A DNA stretch of 64,000 nt, from contig CM052817.1 in NCBI GenBank assembly GCA_028534125.1, positions 96,722,001-96,786,000 of the forward strand, read 5' to 3'. The position numbers were made by a program, and so were the translations under genes. The DNA is from Lama glama. Taxonomy: Eukaryota. The notes beneath the pieces were generated by a model, which did not search any database, had not been told where the DNA came from, and worked only from the letters and a program-made list of their open reading frames with translations. Positions 62,735-64,000 of the stretch are shown here, in pieces; position 1 is the stretch's first letter; each line of letters begins with the position of its first letter.

Positions 62735-64000
62735 GTAAACCCAATAAGGGTCACGACAACCTGGCCAACACTGGTTTGTCCTTGACAGCACAAGGCGTAC
62801 AAATACTCTATTTCACAGATGTAGCCTGATTTCCTAAGAAGAAAAACACTGTCTTGTTTATATGTCTTGTTTTCTTTATAGTTAGAGTATTTGGAGTTTC
62901 TTTTGTGAAGCAGAGATCCTACCTGTGAAACAGGTGGCCCTGGGGGCAGGGCCCCGATAGAAAGGAACGATTCATTTATTTTGCCAAAAGTCTATTGAAT
63001 ATGTGCGTTTGTGTTTAGTAGTACGTTGAACTGGATTTGGAACGGTGTCAGGACAAAAAAAGAAGCATGTGACTCTCTCCCCTGGCAGGCTTTGCAGTGC
63101 TATTGTGGAAATAACACAAACATGAAACAACTGGAAGACAGAATCACAGGGTGAGGTAAAAGTGGCCTGTGCTATAGAAAGCCAAGGGGGATCTGAGATA
63201 AAGTCATGGAGAAACTGTTCATGGATGAGGGGCACTGAACTGTTCATGGAGGATAAATGGGTTCTACGGGGAGGAAGAAGAGGATGGAGGGCACTTCAGG
63301 TGGGAGGACAAGAGTCTGGCTAGAACGTGGCATGGACACCACACATTTGGGGAGTGGGAAAAAGAAGTGGACCTCATTAGAGCAACACCTAAGGTAAGAC
63401 TCATGATAGGAAACAGGACTGCATAAGAAGTCACATTTTGGAGGGCCCAAAGTTCTAGAAGAAATTTGAACGTGTCAACAGGAGGCTGTTGGTCTCGCCC
63501 GGGCAACAAACAGAACAGATAAGCCGTGACGCTTATACTTGCTGGCTCTGTGATGTTGCGCAAATTACTTAACCACTCTGAGCTTCTAGTTCTTCACAAA
63601 GTGTATGTAATAAGACCTGCACCTTTCTGTACAAATACTAATTCAATTTTGAGTCTTAAACATTTTAAATAAAATGTAGTATATAATAATATATCAAGGG
63701 GATTACCTAATGCATGGACAGTGACCAATAGAACCCAACTCACAGGTAATACTTTTAAAAAAATGTTGATATATATGAATTCAAAGAGTGAAGCCAAGAC
63801 TGCAGGTGAGTTCTCAGTCTCCATAGAGAAGTATCTAAGGATGCTCAACCACACGAAAGTTCACGTGAGCCTGGACATCTGCCCTGTATCACTACCGTAC
63901 ACAAGCATCATTCTTCATCAGCAACTCTTCTCAACTATTGTGCTGGGTTTTCTGAGCTTCCGCTCCCTATCTGTAAATTGGGCATAATAATATATGAATC

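Larger units (their letters stand above)
10870..64000 (+). other. EDNRA: EDNRA gene, 5' portion (exons 1-5; continues past window end)
   Basis: Four coding exons (420+128+199+153 = 900 nt) splice in frame via GT-AG introns into residues 1-300 of a protein matching endothelin receptor A. Exon sizes match the human structure as I recall it. Exon 6 was not found before 64000. The start coordinate is approximate. Confidence 0.97.

Noticed and set aside
62735..64000. EDNRA exon 6 (RREVAKTVF...)
   Set aside because: No matching coding sequence found before the window end. It is presumed to lie downstream rather than to be deleted.

Overview
Mammalian genomic DNA containing the promoter and 5' part of EDNRA (endothelin receptor type A, a class A GPCR) on the + strand. 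A CpG-island promoter and non-coding exon 1 (~10870-11255) are followed by four coding exons (15401-15820, 47016-47143, 58891-59089, 62582-62734). All have GT-AG junctions and splice into an uninterrupted 300 codons, from the signal peptide through TM5 into ICL3. The remaining exons lie beyond the window. Ten copies of a tRNA-derived SINE resembling the camelid Vic-1 family, with no Alu, Bov-tA/BovB, PRE-1 or SINEC seen, suggest a camelid genome (inference). The rest is ordinary mammalian repeat content (L1 of several ages, L2, MIR, MaLR and ERV1 LTRs, hAT transposons), plus a 500-N assembly gap. Repeat family names come from recalled consensus sequences and are unverified. I see no evidence for a new multi-gene system. 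The best leads are regulatory or structural: an in-frame upstream ATG that is the first AUG of the mRNA, exons starting with GT that could allow re-splicing, a near-perfect 137-bp tandem duplication, a MER41-like LTR with STAT-motif remnants next to exon 3, an MCAT/CArG and a GATA/E-box cluster in intron 2, an intronic CpG-rich island, inverted SINE pairs, and several unusual retrotransposition scars.
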